Made by a program: the position numbers and the translations under genes. 64,000 nt of DNA from Octopus sinensis (lineage: Eukaryota): positions 61,008,001 to 61,072,000 of the forward strand of contig NC_043001.1 of NCBI RefSeq assembly GCF_006345805.1, read 5' to 3'. The notes below the pieces were generated by a model. The model searched no databases, was not told the DNA's origin, and saw only the letters and a list, made by a program, of their open reading frames with translations. Shown here one piece after another: positions 1 to 13,800 of this stretch. Position 1 is the stretch's first letter; the number at the start of each line of letters is the position of its first letter.

Positions 1-569
1 ATGTTTATATATTTATATTTTATCAAGGACAATAATAACAAGGTAGTATATAAGCTGCATTGCTGTGATTATACCATTTTTCAATATGAGTTCTAAAGCT
101 GACGCCATCAAATTCTATTGCAGTATCTCATGTTTTTTTTTGTTTATTTTTTTGGTTTGGATATATCATTATCAATTTTCTAAGGACATCAGAATATAGT
201 ATTAAATCAATATTTATAAATCTGGACTGAGAAAGTTTGTTTGTTCGTCTGGTTTGGGCATTGGAACGGTTTAAAGAGCAATAGATCCCGTCAGATTTGC
301 TCCAAAATTTACAGGGACATGTAAAATGAGGGGAAGATGTGAGTGGGCTTGATTAGAAATCCATATCTCAACAGCTGTGGTTACTAGGGCAAAAAAACCC
401 ACACTTTGACATGTCTACTCTCATTCTCTTATCTGCCTGTCTTCCTCCGTCTCTCTGTCTTTCCTCCCTTCCCTCCACATTCTTTCTATAACGACGTGTG
501 ACAGATCAACTATCTTTCCCCAACCGACTTCGCCAGCGGTCTCACTCTTTCTCCCACATCCTCCACCCC

Positions 570-718
570 CTCTCTCTCTCTCTACTTCTGTCTGCATTCA
601 TAGAGAGAATTATTATCGCCACCACGATAATTATTGAGTTAATTTATATGTGTGTGTGTGTTCTGTATATAAATATGTATATATAATGTATATATCTGTA
701 TTTATATATATACATATG

Positions 719-749
<31 letters not shown>

Positions 750-918
750 ATCACCGTGATCACCGTGACCGACCAGACTATCAGATGTTGCTACACATCG
801 CCGGACACAATGCGCTTCGCATTGTTTTTTAGCGTTCAAATGACGCCACTCCGTTGGCCAAGCGAGCAGGCCAATATATATATATAATTTGAATACATTG
901 GTTATATATATAATGTGT

Positions 919-1002
<84 letters not shown>

Positions 1003-1038
1003 TGCGTATATATGTGCATAAATATATTTAATGCGTAG

Positions 1039-1070
<32 letters not shown>
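570..1070. repeat. Compound (CT)n/(TA)n/(CA)n microsatellites
   Basis: Directly visible dinucleotide runs; the overlapping YIYI/CVCV ORFs are artefacts. Confidence 0.95.
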
Positions 1071-4000
1071 ATGTGTACATTATGTGGTCGGTTGAGCTGA
1101 AAATATGCACACCTATGTTAAAAGTGCTGGCGATTTTGCATGGCAACAATTTTTTTTTTCCTCAAATGACCTCTAGGACAAAATTCCTCATCTTATAAAA
1201 TGTAGACCCGAATGAAATCGTGTTATATTAACCAATATGTGAAAAGGGGTCTAAATGGGGCTGGAAGGGGATTAAAATTTACAGGAGAAGGTGTTTAGAA
1301 ATTCTCAGTTACAGCAAGCTAAAAATTTGCGCCAGCCTATAAATCGTCAATGTGTTGCCGTCCATAAAAAGAAGTTTTGAATGCTTGCCATGGTGAGTCT
1401 ACATTTTACGCGACCCGTTAAACTGCCATGGTGAGCCTACTATCCTCAGATTCTATCCCTTCAAACTTTGGTTTCCAATTTTTTTTTATTTGTTTCAACT
1501 CGCAAGTCCGTCTGTCCCTTTTAAATGTTAGTGTTTTGTTGTCTGCCTTGAAGCAGACCTTTCCGTTGTCACTGCCTAATATTTATGATTGATCTTTAAA
1601 TATATTTTCTTTCACAACTTACTCAAGATCTTTTGTTGTTTATAGATGCGAGAGAGATAGATAAAGATAGAGAGTAAGAGAAAGCGAGGGATAGTCCGAG
1701 AGAAAGGAAGAGTAAGAGAGTGGGAAAGTGAGAGAGAAAGGAGAGAGAAACAAAGAGGGAGAATGTGGCGATAAACAACAGAAAGGAATGTAACAACCAC
1801 ACATTTACCTGCGCGTAGAGCGGGTCACGGCAAGTAAGTTATTATTTAAAAACGAACGTTTATCATATAGGGCAAGAGTCGATATGGTCCGCCATCTGTA
1901 TTTTTATGAACTTACTAGAAATATGCCACTGGAAAACACTGAAAAACTGTCGTCAGAGTGTATGTAAAAACTGAGTAGGGAACAATTGTTTCATTAGTGT
2001 ATCACTTTAAAATTTGGGTTACAGATTTTCAAATGTGTGTTTCAATTCAAATGTAGCTTTAGAATTGAAATATTTAGAATTTTCCTGTAGCATTGCGAGA
2101 TTTGTATGTCTTTCTGTATATGAAAAGTTGGTAGATTCAACTCAATTGTAATTCTTTTCGAGTTATAAACTGAAGTAAAGAATTGATGGGCATCACTATT
2201 TAGATTTGAAATACTATAAAAGACATAATAAGCCACCTACGTGTCCATCGAGCACATAATGTACAAGTATAATTAAATGCCATAAAAGTGTAAATAAATA
2301 TAGTGGAATGTGAATTACTAAAAAAATTATTTCTATAATTACGGAAATTGAATAACAAATTACCTCTACCAGGTTTAATTAATGTCAATGTACTGCATCA
2401 AATATCTCCATTATTTCATCATCGTTAATCAGATGTATACATTGTGGTTTGAATTTGAAATGATTACAATTTTAGATTTACACATATTACGTTGTAGAAA
2501 TGTTGCTGGTGACGATTATGAAGTAATTATTCAGAAAACAAGAAATATCGAAATATTTTATGTAACATACAAATCTTCGTCCGAATTGAATAGAATCATG
2601 ATTTTTACTCATATGCGCGTTGCATATTTAAAGGCAAACTATTTAATATCTACGCTTATTTAAAATTCAGCAAAATTTATTTGTGTTACATAGCGTTGAG
2701 TTGATGAGAAAAGGTTTATCAAAAGTTTTACAATCGTATGCAATACGCATTGAAACAACGAGAAATCTTTGAATGATGTTTAATTTTACATACGTTTGTT
2801 GATAAACCTACGCTTAAGATGAGACATAATTTTTTCTTGATCCTAAAATGAGTTTCAACAACGTTCAAATAATCCAACGCTATAGAAATTACAAGTGTAC
2901 AATTATGGTTCATTGGCTGATTTATGAACTATGTCGTTCTTCCAACAGAAATAGTACAAAGACATTACTTCAATTAATTAAAATGAAAGTAGTTTTGCTG
3001 TTATAAAGCTTAAACGATTCTGAATTAAAATGTACCTGAAAAAATAAACAAAATACATGTTGAAATATTGTTTAAATGGATAATGAACAAATATGAAACA
3101 GTGATTAAATTGATTTGGAAAACATTAACGCGTTATCCGTATCTAATGGTCGTATATGCGTAAAATATATACATGTATAGAACTTAAACATTTGTGCAGT
3201 TATAGTGAAAGTTTATACTTCATACATATTGGGATTTAGAGAATATGCGCAATGGAAATGCAAAATAGCAAGTTCCAAATGTGTAGATATAAAGAACTAA
3301 AGGCATATAATGACAAAGCTACGGAGTTCAGTCAGTGACGGCATATGCTTCTCAACTAGAATAGGCTTTTTCAGTCTAATCTGATACAGACGTTTTAGTC
3401 AGAGAACACATACTGTTGCTTGCGTGTATTAGGGATGTTGTGGCATAATTTCATTCCCCAATCCGCTTTTTAATGGGTTGATCTTATACTCTATAGATTT
3501 ATATTAAGCCAAACGCCATTGACACTCTAATACTCACTTTTCAACATTAAGAAAATCCTCGAGCACAATCCTCCCCTGTTTACGAGGCACTTGCAATATT
3601 TGAATGTTGATATTATTCTCCTCTCCATTTGAACATTCTTATATTTTCTGGCTATATTTAATAATTCTGACGACATTCCCTGTCCGACGTATTTGTATTT
3701 ACCTCTACTTAGTAAAGAATATGGGAGCATTATGCAACTGAGAACTTTTGTTATTTGAAATTTTAATCTGCTACTCATGCTTACAATTTCCTTGGCTAAG
3801 ACATGTAGAAATGATTATACATTTTAGAATTGGACAGGTATATTGTATAATTTTCTAACCCGAAGGGAATGATTTTATTATCCTTCAATTCGTGGGGTAA
3901 CTTGCCAGCAAATCACATCAAGAAAACTAGACCAGTTGTCTTGTCACTAAACGTTTCACTGTTGCACGCTTAAATTTCATCAAGTTTCTCTTTTAATTGA

Positions 4001-6019
4001 TTGAAGCTTCACTGGTTTGAAAATTGATATGAAATTTATCAAGAACTGCACCTGCTTGTCAGAAGATTCCTCTTTTTTTTTGGGGGGGGGGGGGTATTTG
4101 TTCAGAAAATTTTGACAGTAACCAGCTCACCGTATAGTGCTACATATATACGAAGCATTCATTTCTATTTCATTTGGCGAGAAGTGAAGCCCTGCGTGAG
4201 TTGGTCAGATGGTATGAATGTTTTCACAAGTTTTCACTCAGTATTTGTGTCAATATGCTTACGTGGCTTCCGAGGTCTTTAGACATTTGGTCGTGTGTTT
4301 GGTTCACTAGTGAAACTTTAACTTATTTCCTCTGAAGTGTTCTTGTAATTTTTCTTTCTTGGCAACCCTCATGGTGTCTACTTGGATAATCGAACAAGTC
4401 AGCTTTGTGGGTGTATAAAAGCTTTAAGCCTCGGTGCCCTCTAAGTGACTAGTCAAAAAGAACGTATTTTTTAAGTCTCTCAGAAATAGTTTGAGAAAAA
4501 AAAGTTTTGAGTTCTACACCACAATCTTCCTTTGTAGGGCTGCGCCTCCTCCTCCAGAATTTCCAACATACACCAATGCGATTATGATATTTTTTTCATT
4601 CAACTCGACTAATAGATCTTCTTTTCCATACATCACTGATATTGTTCCTTTTCACCGTCATCTAGTGCAGAAGATGACAATGTTTGGATCGAAAATATAT
4701 CCAAGAATTTGTGTATCAGGCTTGAGGCGAAAGTTTATGTTGGATTGAAGGAACTCTGTTCTGCACCGTTCCTTGATAGTATAAGTTCAATTCTGTTACA
4801 AGACATCATGCAATGCATACCAATGAGATCAGGCCATACAGCGTTTTATAACTCTGTTCTGGCATTGAAGAAAGATACAATGTTTAGAATCCGACTGATA
4901 CTTAAAATCAACCGTATTGGTCAAGGTGGGAATTTATGCATTGATAATTGTGGATTAATTATTCTTCGTCTATGTTAGACTCAGCCACAATATTCGAAAT
5001 TATATAGCCTAATTTCATAATGTGTAAATATTGGCCTGTCATATTTTCAAATTTTGTATTAGGGTAAAAACCATAGCCTCGTAAATCTATTGTCGATATT
5101 CATAACAATCGTTCCTTGCAATTGCTCTTATATTATACTAGTTTAATGTGTGCTGTTAATAGCGATACTTAGTTTAATTATAACTGTGACCCCGTCATTA
5201 TTATAGACATACGAATTAAGATAAATGAACAAGATACACGTTGAATGTGGATTTAAATCTAATAGCGAGCTTGATTTGGCGCAAAGTATAGTTTGCGTCT
5301 TTATACGGTTCTCTTCAAATTTAAAACACACAAAATGGAAGAAGTATTCAAAAAGCAAACATTTCGATCAGAATTCTTGAATGATTTGAGATCAAAATTT
5401 ACAAACAATCGAAAAGAAAATTTTCACTATTCTTAATTTTGTCCGTTCTGAAAGCCTCATCTGGAGGAGCATCCATTTGTACAATGAAACATCTTATTGC
5501 ATACTATAGAATTGCTTTGAACTGAATTAGGTTTCCTTAAAATATTAGAAACATTTTTTGGAAGAGAAATTATATTTGGATCATTAGGCTCAGACCTGGC
5601 TGTATTAGAAAAGAAACTCGGTTTGAAGCACATGCTTTCGGGTTCAGTTCAACTATGCAGCATCTTGGGTGGGTATGTTTTACAATACCCCCCCACGCCT
5701 ACCAGTGCTTTGTGCATGAATTTTATACGCAAACAGTGTGAAATTCTATCGTTTATGTGTGTGAGTATGAAATCATTAAACGGAGTTCAATAAATGTCAT
5801 CAAATAAAATGTAGTGAAGCAGATTTTGATGTTAATAATGGAGTTTTCATTTATTCAATTATTCCAGAGAGCCGTGTCTGTCAAAAAGACCATGACATAA
5901 TAAACAAATGCATATTATTATCATATAATTTCTTTTTGATGATAAGTAAACAAAAACAGCTGTCTGGGGTAATTAAATAAATGAAAAGTACATCGTTAAC
6001 ATAAAAATCTACTTCATTT

Positions 6020-6812
6020 CATTTTACAGTTCTATATTTAAGAGATGAATTATGTACATTATTTACATTTGACGGATATTTGTCTTCATATTGATTGTTG
6101 TTAACACAACGTTTTGACTGATATACCCTCCAGCCTTCACCGGGTGTTTTGGGGAAATTTCGAATCTGGGTTCTCATTCTTAAGGTATTTTTCGATGTTG
6201 TTATTATTGTTATTTTTATTCATGTCACTGCCCGGAATCGAACTCGGAATATTGAGGTTAGTAGCCCACGCACTCAACCACTACGCCACATGCCCGTGGG
6301 CAATTATGGAGTGAAATTTTAGGGCTTATAAATATAATATTTTCCAATCCTTCTTTAATACCGGTTCCCATATGCTATTTATATCTGCACTCGGTCTACT
6401 TAGGAGCTTGTTGTGTCCTACCATATGTGCTGCTTCTTTTACTTTTCGTATTTTCCAGTAGTGTTCTCTGTCTATTATTTTAACTTTATCTCACAGCGGG
6501 GAGGTAGTCTCCATGTTTCCATACAAGCTCGTCTATAGCCGATTTATCAATATTTCCTCATGTCACAGCTTTGCTATGTTTGTCTACCCTTATTTTGAGG
6601 GGGTAGTATGTTTCGCTTTTTTATAACCTACCACAGCTGCATGGGATGAAATACACGCAGTCTTTGGTCATATTCTCTTCTATTGGTGGTTTTGCTCGAA
6701 GAAGATATTTGCGAAATGTTGTATTACTCTTGAATAATGTCCTGATATTATATGGGCCGCATTTCCAAGACTGATACAACACTTCGCAAATATCTCCTTC
6801 CAGTAAAACCAC
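6020..6812 (-). mobile_element. Penelope-like retroelement 3' fragment (GIY-YIG endonuclease end plus terminal region)
   Basis: Minus-strand translation gives ...TKDCVYFIPCSCGRLY (6621-6812 ORF) and, after frameshifts, KIIDREHYWKIRKVKEAAHMVGHNKLLSRPSADINSIWEPV (~6350-6485), typical of PLE GIY-YIG domains. The terminal sequence recurs at 13.2-13.8 kb. Confidence 0.85.
6224..6295 (-). promoter_or_regulatory. tRNA-derived Pol III promoter-like module in the PLE 3' region
   Basis: Minus strand has an A-box-like TGGCGTAGTGG and a B-box-like GAGTTCGATTCC with tRNA-like spacing; second copy at ~13520-13595 (-). No complete acceptor stem, so not a tRNA gene. Confidence 0.7.
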
Positions 6813-7527
6813 CAGTAGAAGAAAGTACCAAAAACATATAATGAAAAGAAATATAACAAGTAACTGCAGAATTTGTGGAGATGGACAAGAAACAATAAAT
6901 CATATTATCTCTGGCTGCCCAGTCCTGGCTAAGAAGAAATATATTCACAGACACGACAGAGTTGGGACCTTCATACACTGGAAACTATGCCAACATTATG
7001 GAATAACAACAGAAAAAAGATGCTATAGGCATACCCCAGAAAAGGTCACAGAAAATGAGAAAGCAACCATACTCTGGGATATGCCAATACACACAGATAT
7101 AGAAATTAAGGCCAACAGACCAGATATAGTTGTCAGAGATCCTGTAGAAAAAAATGCTTTCTAATTGATGTATCAATACCAGCAGATGACAACGGGTCTC
7201 TAAAAGAAATGGAGACACTTTCAAAATACAAAGACCTGGAAATAGAGGTAACTCGAATATGGAATCTAAAAACAGAACAATTCCTATCATAGTAGATGCA
7301 TTAGGTATGATAAAAAAATATTCAGACAAATACATAACAAAACCACGAGGACTTACAAACACATACCATACAGAAAATTGCACTACTGGGCACTGCCCAC
7401 ATCGTACGAAAACACTTTCAATACAGTAACCATCAGAGCATCACAAGAAAACACACCACATACCCAAGGCACACAGAGCTGCGCTCGGTAGTGAAGTGAA
7501 AGTATGATATAAAAAAAAAACACTGAA
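6812..7527 (+). mobile_element. R4/Dong-clade non-LTR retrotransposon, 5'-truncated 3' end
   Basis: ORF 6841-7164 has CRICGDGQETINHIISGC (CCHC), the RHD motif and RPDIVV of a restriction-like endonuclease; the 3' UTR runs into (TAA)n. Confidence 0.9.
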
Positions 7528-7859
<332 letters not shown>

Positions 7860-8204
7860 CTAAATTAATTAAATCATTATAATTTAGTTACTTTCTAATT
7901 ATTATTATTGTTACAGATACAGTGTTAGGATACAGTTTGCTCAATCATACTTAATATATATTATTATATATATATATTATTATTATTACTGACATTGTCG
8001 TTATATCAACTCATGCTTGGGTACATACGTATGGGGGCTTCCACAATTGTACTTCCATGCATGTAGCAGCGGTGGAAGTAAATGTAGGATGATGTGGGCT
8101 TGCAAAATAACTTTGTCACTATTCTGCCTACAGAAAACTTAAATTTGTGTCGAAAAATTCGACGCTAGTTTTTGAAACCTATCCTGTAATCCTTCCCAGA
8201 CATA

Positions 8205-8246
8205 AATAACAACAACAGCAGCAGCAAGAACAACAACAACAACAGC

Positions 8247-8344
<98 letters not shown>

Positions 8345-8372
8345 TAATAATAATAATAATAATACTAATAAA

Positions 8373-8435
<63 letters not shown>
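8205..8435. repeat. (CAA)n/(TAA)n microsatellite
   Basis: Directly visible. Confidence 0.97.
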
Positions 8436-8436
<1 letters not shown>

Positions 8437-9150
8437 GTCTGCTAGCGCCTACAGAGTATCTTAACAGGCATGATATAGCTGCACAATATATTCACTGGGT
8501 AATTTGCAAAAACCTGGATTTGTCCCATGAAAAAAACTGGTAGGAACACAAACCACCTCCAGTGCTTGAAAATGATCACATCTCACTCCTCTGGAACTTC
8601 ACCATTCAAACTGACAGAAAGATAGATGCAAATAGGCCAGACATCATATTGAAAGACTTCAGACAAAGAACATGCCTCCTCATTAATATGACTGTCCCAA
8701 TCGATATAAACGTATCTGTCAAGACCTACCAAAAACTGAGCAAATATAAAGATCTTGAAATAGAAATCAGCAAAATGTGGAATCTGAAGGCTAAAACAAT
8801 ACATGTTGTCATAGGTACCCTGGGAATGATAGCAAAATGGGCTGATTGCTACCTAACTCAGATACCAGGAAACCCCAAAATGGCAGACATTCAAAAGATA
8901 TTGCTCATGTGAACCGCCCATATCCTACACAAAATACTTTCTATGGAATCCCAAGTTTTAAAACAAACATAATTTCGTATGATTTTCTTTAGACATTCAC
9001 TAGTACAACACTAAATACAAACCAAATATATGGCACACTAGGCATAACAACATGAACTTCCAACCTGTTGTCTCTTGAGGTCTCTGGGTGAGACTTGGAG
9101 CCAACTTATAAAAATGTAAAGCAAAAGTCAAACATAGAATAATATTAATG
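8436..9150 (+). mobile_element. R4/Dong-clade element, 5'-truncated 3' end (second subfamily)
   Basis: RHD motif, LLWNFTIQTDRKIDANRPDII and KYKDLEIEISKMW of the RLE domain (ORF 8562-8912), followed by a 3' UTR. Confidence 0.88.
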
Positions 9151-9199
9151 ATAAAATAAATATTTTTAAAAAATGAAAATTTAATTATAATTTAACTTT

Positions 9200-12100
9200 A
9201 TTTGAAAAGAAAATTTCAAACAGTACCCCGAATCGCTTGTCCAATGGTTATTCAGGAAGCGCGCCTGTCAGAAAACTGTCAGCCTGATGGCGAAATATTT
9301 TCAAATGGCAAAATATCTTCCCCGAATACGAATCTGGAAGGTCACTTAAACGGGATTTGTCCCCAGCAGTTCGCCACCACAACGACCAGAAAATAAAAAA
9401 TGTAAAAGGACTAAATGGAACCGGGAAGAATATAAAGAAGTAATATATGCTTATTACTTTGTAGAAGGCCAACCCTCTTGGGAAATACACCGCAAACTCC
9501 TACAGAATTTGGAGGAGTCGGAATCCAGCTAGCAGACCAAACAGCTGAAAGCAGATTAGCAAATGTTAGAAGAGATATCTTCAGAAATACCAGACTCACA
9601 GATGCAGAATTAACCTCTATTAAAAAAGTGGTAGAGAATGACCTAATTATAAGTCAGGAAGGAAATAACGAAGCAGAGGGGAGGAATGTTGGGCCACAAG
9701 CATTGACTGAACGGCGACCATATGCTGAAACCACTCAAGAGCCTGATAAAAAGGAAAATATGATGACCCTAGAAAAAACAGCCAGGAAAATGATGTCGAA
9801 ACAGACTTTGAAGACCACATATTTGCTGATCAACACAGAAAATCTATCATTGAAATGAAGCAGTAAGTTCTGAATGAGGTTGCAGCTGTAGGGCATACAA
9901 ATATGAATGAAAATAAAATTGGCAACTGCGTTACACAAGAAATCATACAACAACTAAAACCCGATCTTAATAAGTTAAATGTAATTACTTACTCTGTTCC
10001 CAAGGTAGTCGAAAGACGCTGTTTATCATCCTAAAAGCCAACAGTACCAAATTCGAAAAGAAAATCAAACTGGAGGAGTAGAATTGAAACTGAAATTGAA
10101 TCATTGCGAAGGGAGATATCAATATTAACTGAGCTAATTTCTGGAAATAGTGTAAGATCAAGAAAAGGCAGGAAGATTGTGAGAAAATATGGATTCTCAA
10201 CAAGAGAAAAACTAATCTCAGCGAAAGAAACACTTAAACAAAAAGTTCAGACAAAAGCTCAGAGAATACACATATTTGAGAAAAGAATCAAATGCTACAA
10301 ACAAAATAAGATGTTCAAATCCAATGCCAAATCATTTTACAGGGAAGTAGGGAAAGAAAAAATAACCACTGAAAATCCACCCCTAATGGAGGAAATTGAA
10401 AACTTTTGGAAAGTGATCTGGAGTGATGAGAAACCATACAATGAAAATGCAGACTGGATCAAACGCACCCAAGATGCTTACAAAGATTTGCAAGAACAGG
10501 TATGGGAAGACATCTCAATCGCCGACCTAAGTAGGGCACTAACGAAGACTCATAAGGGTAAATCCCCTGGTATTGACAGAGTACCAAATTTCTGGCTCTC
10601 ATCACACTCGTCCGCACACAAAATGTTAGCAATAATACTTAATAGTATTATGAAAGACCCGAAAAAAACTCCCCATTGGATGGCAAATGGTATTACTTAC
10701 CTCCTCCCCAAAAATAACGAAACGAAGTACAAAATCAACTACCGGCCTATAACACGTTTGTCTACTACCTATAATATTTTGACATCTATCTAGTGGAGAA
10801 AACATATACATTTATGGAAGAGAATAACCTCATTCCCACTGAACAAAAAGGATGCAGACAAGGCTCATACGGATGCAAAGATCAGCTCCTAATTTATCGC
10901 ATGATCCTTGAGAACTGCCATAACAAGCGCAGAAACCTCAACTCTTCATGGATTGATAAAAAAAAAGCCTTTGACAGCATACTCCTTTCGTGGATTCTGA
11001 AGTCGCTGGACATTTTCAAAATTTCTCCTGTGATTTCAGATTTTTTAAAGTATAATATGTCTCTATGGAACACGAAGCTCCAATTATATAATTCTAATGG
11101 AGTATTGCGCTCAGACAATATTAGCATAAACTGTGGAATTTTCCAAGGTGACTCACTTTCACCACTAATTTTCTGCATAGCACTAATACCACTCTCAAGT
11201 GAACTGAATAGAACTGGATATGGCTACAAAATTGACAACAGGAAAATAAGCCATCTATTTTATATGGATGACTTAAAACTATATGGCAAAGATGATGAAG
11301 AGCTTGAAGGACGCTTACATACTGTGAAAGGATTCCGTGATGATATCGGGATGGAGTTTGGCCTTGAAAAGTATGCCAAAGCCACTTTTAAGAAAGGGAA
11401 ATTGGTAAATTTCAATTCAATTGGTAAATTTGTAAATTTCAATTGGTAAATTTCAATTTCAATTCATCTAATTCAATCGAATTAGACGTCGAAACAGTAA
11501 TAAAGGAACTTGAGCAGGAACAAACCTATAAGTTCCTAGGAATAAATGAAAGCTCTGGTTTCCAGCATGCGAACATGAAGGAGGAGGTTAGGAAGGAATG
11601 TTATCGAAGAGTTCGAGCAATCTTGAAGTCTGAGTTGAATGCATATAATAATGTGTTAGCCATAAATTTCTTAGCAGTCCCAGTTGTTCTTTATAGCTTC
11701 AATGTGCTTAACTGGAATACCAGTGAAATTATGAAAATTGACAGACTAATCCACAAGCAATAAGATGCACGTCCAAAAGCAGGCGTGGATCGTTTTTACC
11801 TTCTCAGAGTTCAGGTAGGACGAGGTTTGATCCAGTTTGAACTTACGTACAAAACCACCACAAATACCTTGGCCAAATACCTTGAAGCAACCCACGATTG
11901 GATGCTAAAACATGTTGAAAAACATGAAAGACTGAAAAAATCTTCACTCTATTCTGAAAGAGAGCAAAACGTCGCTACTGATCTCTTAGATACCTACCAG
12001 ATTGATCAGGCTGAAGGAAATGCGCCAACTGCTGCTGCAAAGAAAATATAATTGATTGCAAAGACAAAAGCGCATGAAAAATTAGCTAGCAGATGGGAAC

Positions 12101-13014
12101 AGAAACCTCTGTATGGCAAGTATGTGGCCCGTAGCAAACGAGCTGATGTCGACCAGAAACACACGCACCAATGGTTATGAAGCTCAAGGCTGAAAGCGGT
12201 GAGTGAAGGTTTCATATTAGCTGCTCAAGACCAATGCTTATTAACGCGGAACTACCAAGCCAATGTGATAAAAAATGGAGCTGACCCAAAATGACGATTC
12301 TGTAACGATGAGATTGAAACAATAGACCACCTAATCTCAGGCTGTAGAGTCTTAGCACCTGTAGAATATAAAGTAATGCATGACAGAGTCGGCCAGTATT
12401 TACACTGGACAATATGTCGGCATTCTAAAATCAAAACCGCTGACAAATGGTATAAACACCATCCTGAAGCTGTGATTGAGGGAGAAAATGTGTCGATTCT
12501 ATGGGACTTCCCCGTACATGCCGACAGAACTATAAAAGCTAATAAACCGGATATTATCATAAAAGATCAGACAAAAAAGGATGTGTTTATTAATTGACAT
12601 GAGTATTCCTTGCGATCACAATATAACGGCGAAAGAATTTGACAAGATTAGTAGATATAAAGTCTTGGTAATAGAAATTGAAAAAAATGTGACATCTCAA
12701 GGCGACTACAGTACCAGTGATTGTAGTATCTCTAGGAATGATTAAAAAAAACGTACTGAAACCTATTTGAAAATTATACCAGGCTTACAGGAAGTACAAA
12801 AAATCGTGTTAACTGGAACGGCACGTATACTGAGAAGAGCATTATCGCTGTGAAAACAACATCCATTTATGAAGTTATTTATTCATTAATTTTTTAAATA
12901 CATATTTTACCTGCGAATTTGCGTGTGTAATCTGGGAATGCATACAATGAGCTTCTCTGCCCTACGTGTACGGAAAACACTCGGCGAGAAACGGAAGAAA
13001 ATTTGAAGAAGGAA
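9200..13014 (+). mobile_element. Near full-length defective R4/Dong-clade retrotransposon (N-terminal domain, RT, CCHC, RLE)
   Basis: N-terminal KWNREEYKEVIYAYY; RT motifs KSPGID, NYRPIT, KAFDS, GIFQGDSLSPLIF and YMDD at 11261-11272; zinc finger with first Cys changed to TGA (~12295); HDRVGQYLHW and KPDII. Several stops and frameshifts; ends in (TAA)n. Confidence 0.92.
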
Positions 13015-13036
13015 AAATAATAATAATAATAATAAT

Positions 13037-13129
<93 letters not shown>

Positions 13130-13195
13130 AATAATAATGATAATAATAATAATGATAATAATAATAATAATTATAATAACAGCAACAACATCGTA
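13015..13195. repeat. (TAA)n/(ATG)n microsatellite
   Basis: Directly visible. Confidence 0.97.
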
Positions 13196-13800
13196 AAATA
13201 CCTTAGGAATGAGAACCCAGGTTCGAAATTTCCCCAAGACACCTGATGAAGGCTGGAGGGTATATCAGCCGAAACGCTGTGCTAACAACAAAAAAGATGA
13301 GGACAAATTTCATTCAAGTGTAAATAATGTACATAAGTCATCATCTCGTAAATATAATAACAGAAATCTACTTCATTTTCAGTTCTGTTATTAAGAGATG
13401 AATTATGTACATCATTTACATTTGACGGATATTTATCTTTATATTGATTATTGTTAAACACAACTTTGATTCTCATTCCTAAGTTATTTCTCGATGTTAT
13501 TATTATTATTGTTATTCAGGTCACTGCCTGGAATCGAACTCGGAATGTTGAGGTTAGTAGCCCGCGCACTCAACCACTACGTCACATGCCCGTGGGCAAT
13601 TATGGAGTGAATTTTAAGGCTTATAAAAAAATAACAACAATAATAACAACAACAATATCGAAAATACCGTAGGAATGAAAATCTAGGTTCGAATTTCCTT
13701 CAAGACACCTGCTGAATGCTGGAGGGTATATCAACAAAAAAGTGGGTTAACAAGAAACAAGATGAGGACAAATGTAAGTCAAATGTAAATAATGTTGATT
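13196..13800. mobile_element. Cluster of PLE terminal repeats in forward/inverted/forward arrangement
   Basis: 13196-13370 (+), ~13375-13640 (-) and ~13650-13800 (+) all match the terminus at 6020-6350; inverted and partial tandem termini are typical of PLEs. Confidence 0.8.
13238..13283 (+). ncRNA. Minimal PLE-type hammerhead ribozyme with a degenerate cleavage triplet
   Basis: GACAC-CTGATGA(13243-49)-A-GGCTG..CAGCC-GAAAC(13271-75)-GCT-GTGCT. The copy at ~6105-6150 (-) keeps AAACGTT-GTGTT but has a mutated core, so the consensus of the copies is intact. Confidence 0.7.

Noticed and set aside
2382-2663. 93-aa ORF with a hydrophobic C-terminus
   Set aside because: Similarity to the 15.0-kb frame was too weak and the spacing did not fit.
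3400-4980. Possible ancient LINE RT traces on the minus strand
   Set aside because: Only faint motif echoes; no catalytic motif could be read.
6224-6295. tRNA gene
   Set aside because: No complete acceptor stem and embedded in a repeat; treated as a tRNA-derived module.
9200-9400. HDV-like ribozyme at the 5' end of the long R4 element
   Set aside because: Such ribozymes occur in some RLE elements, but no nested double pseudoknot could be built here.
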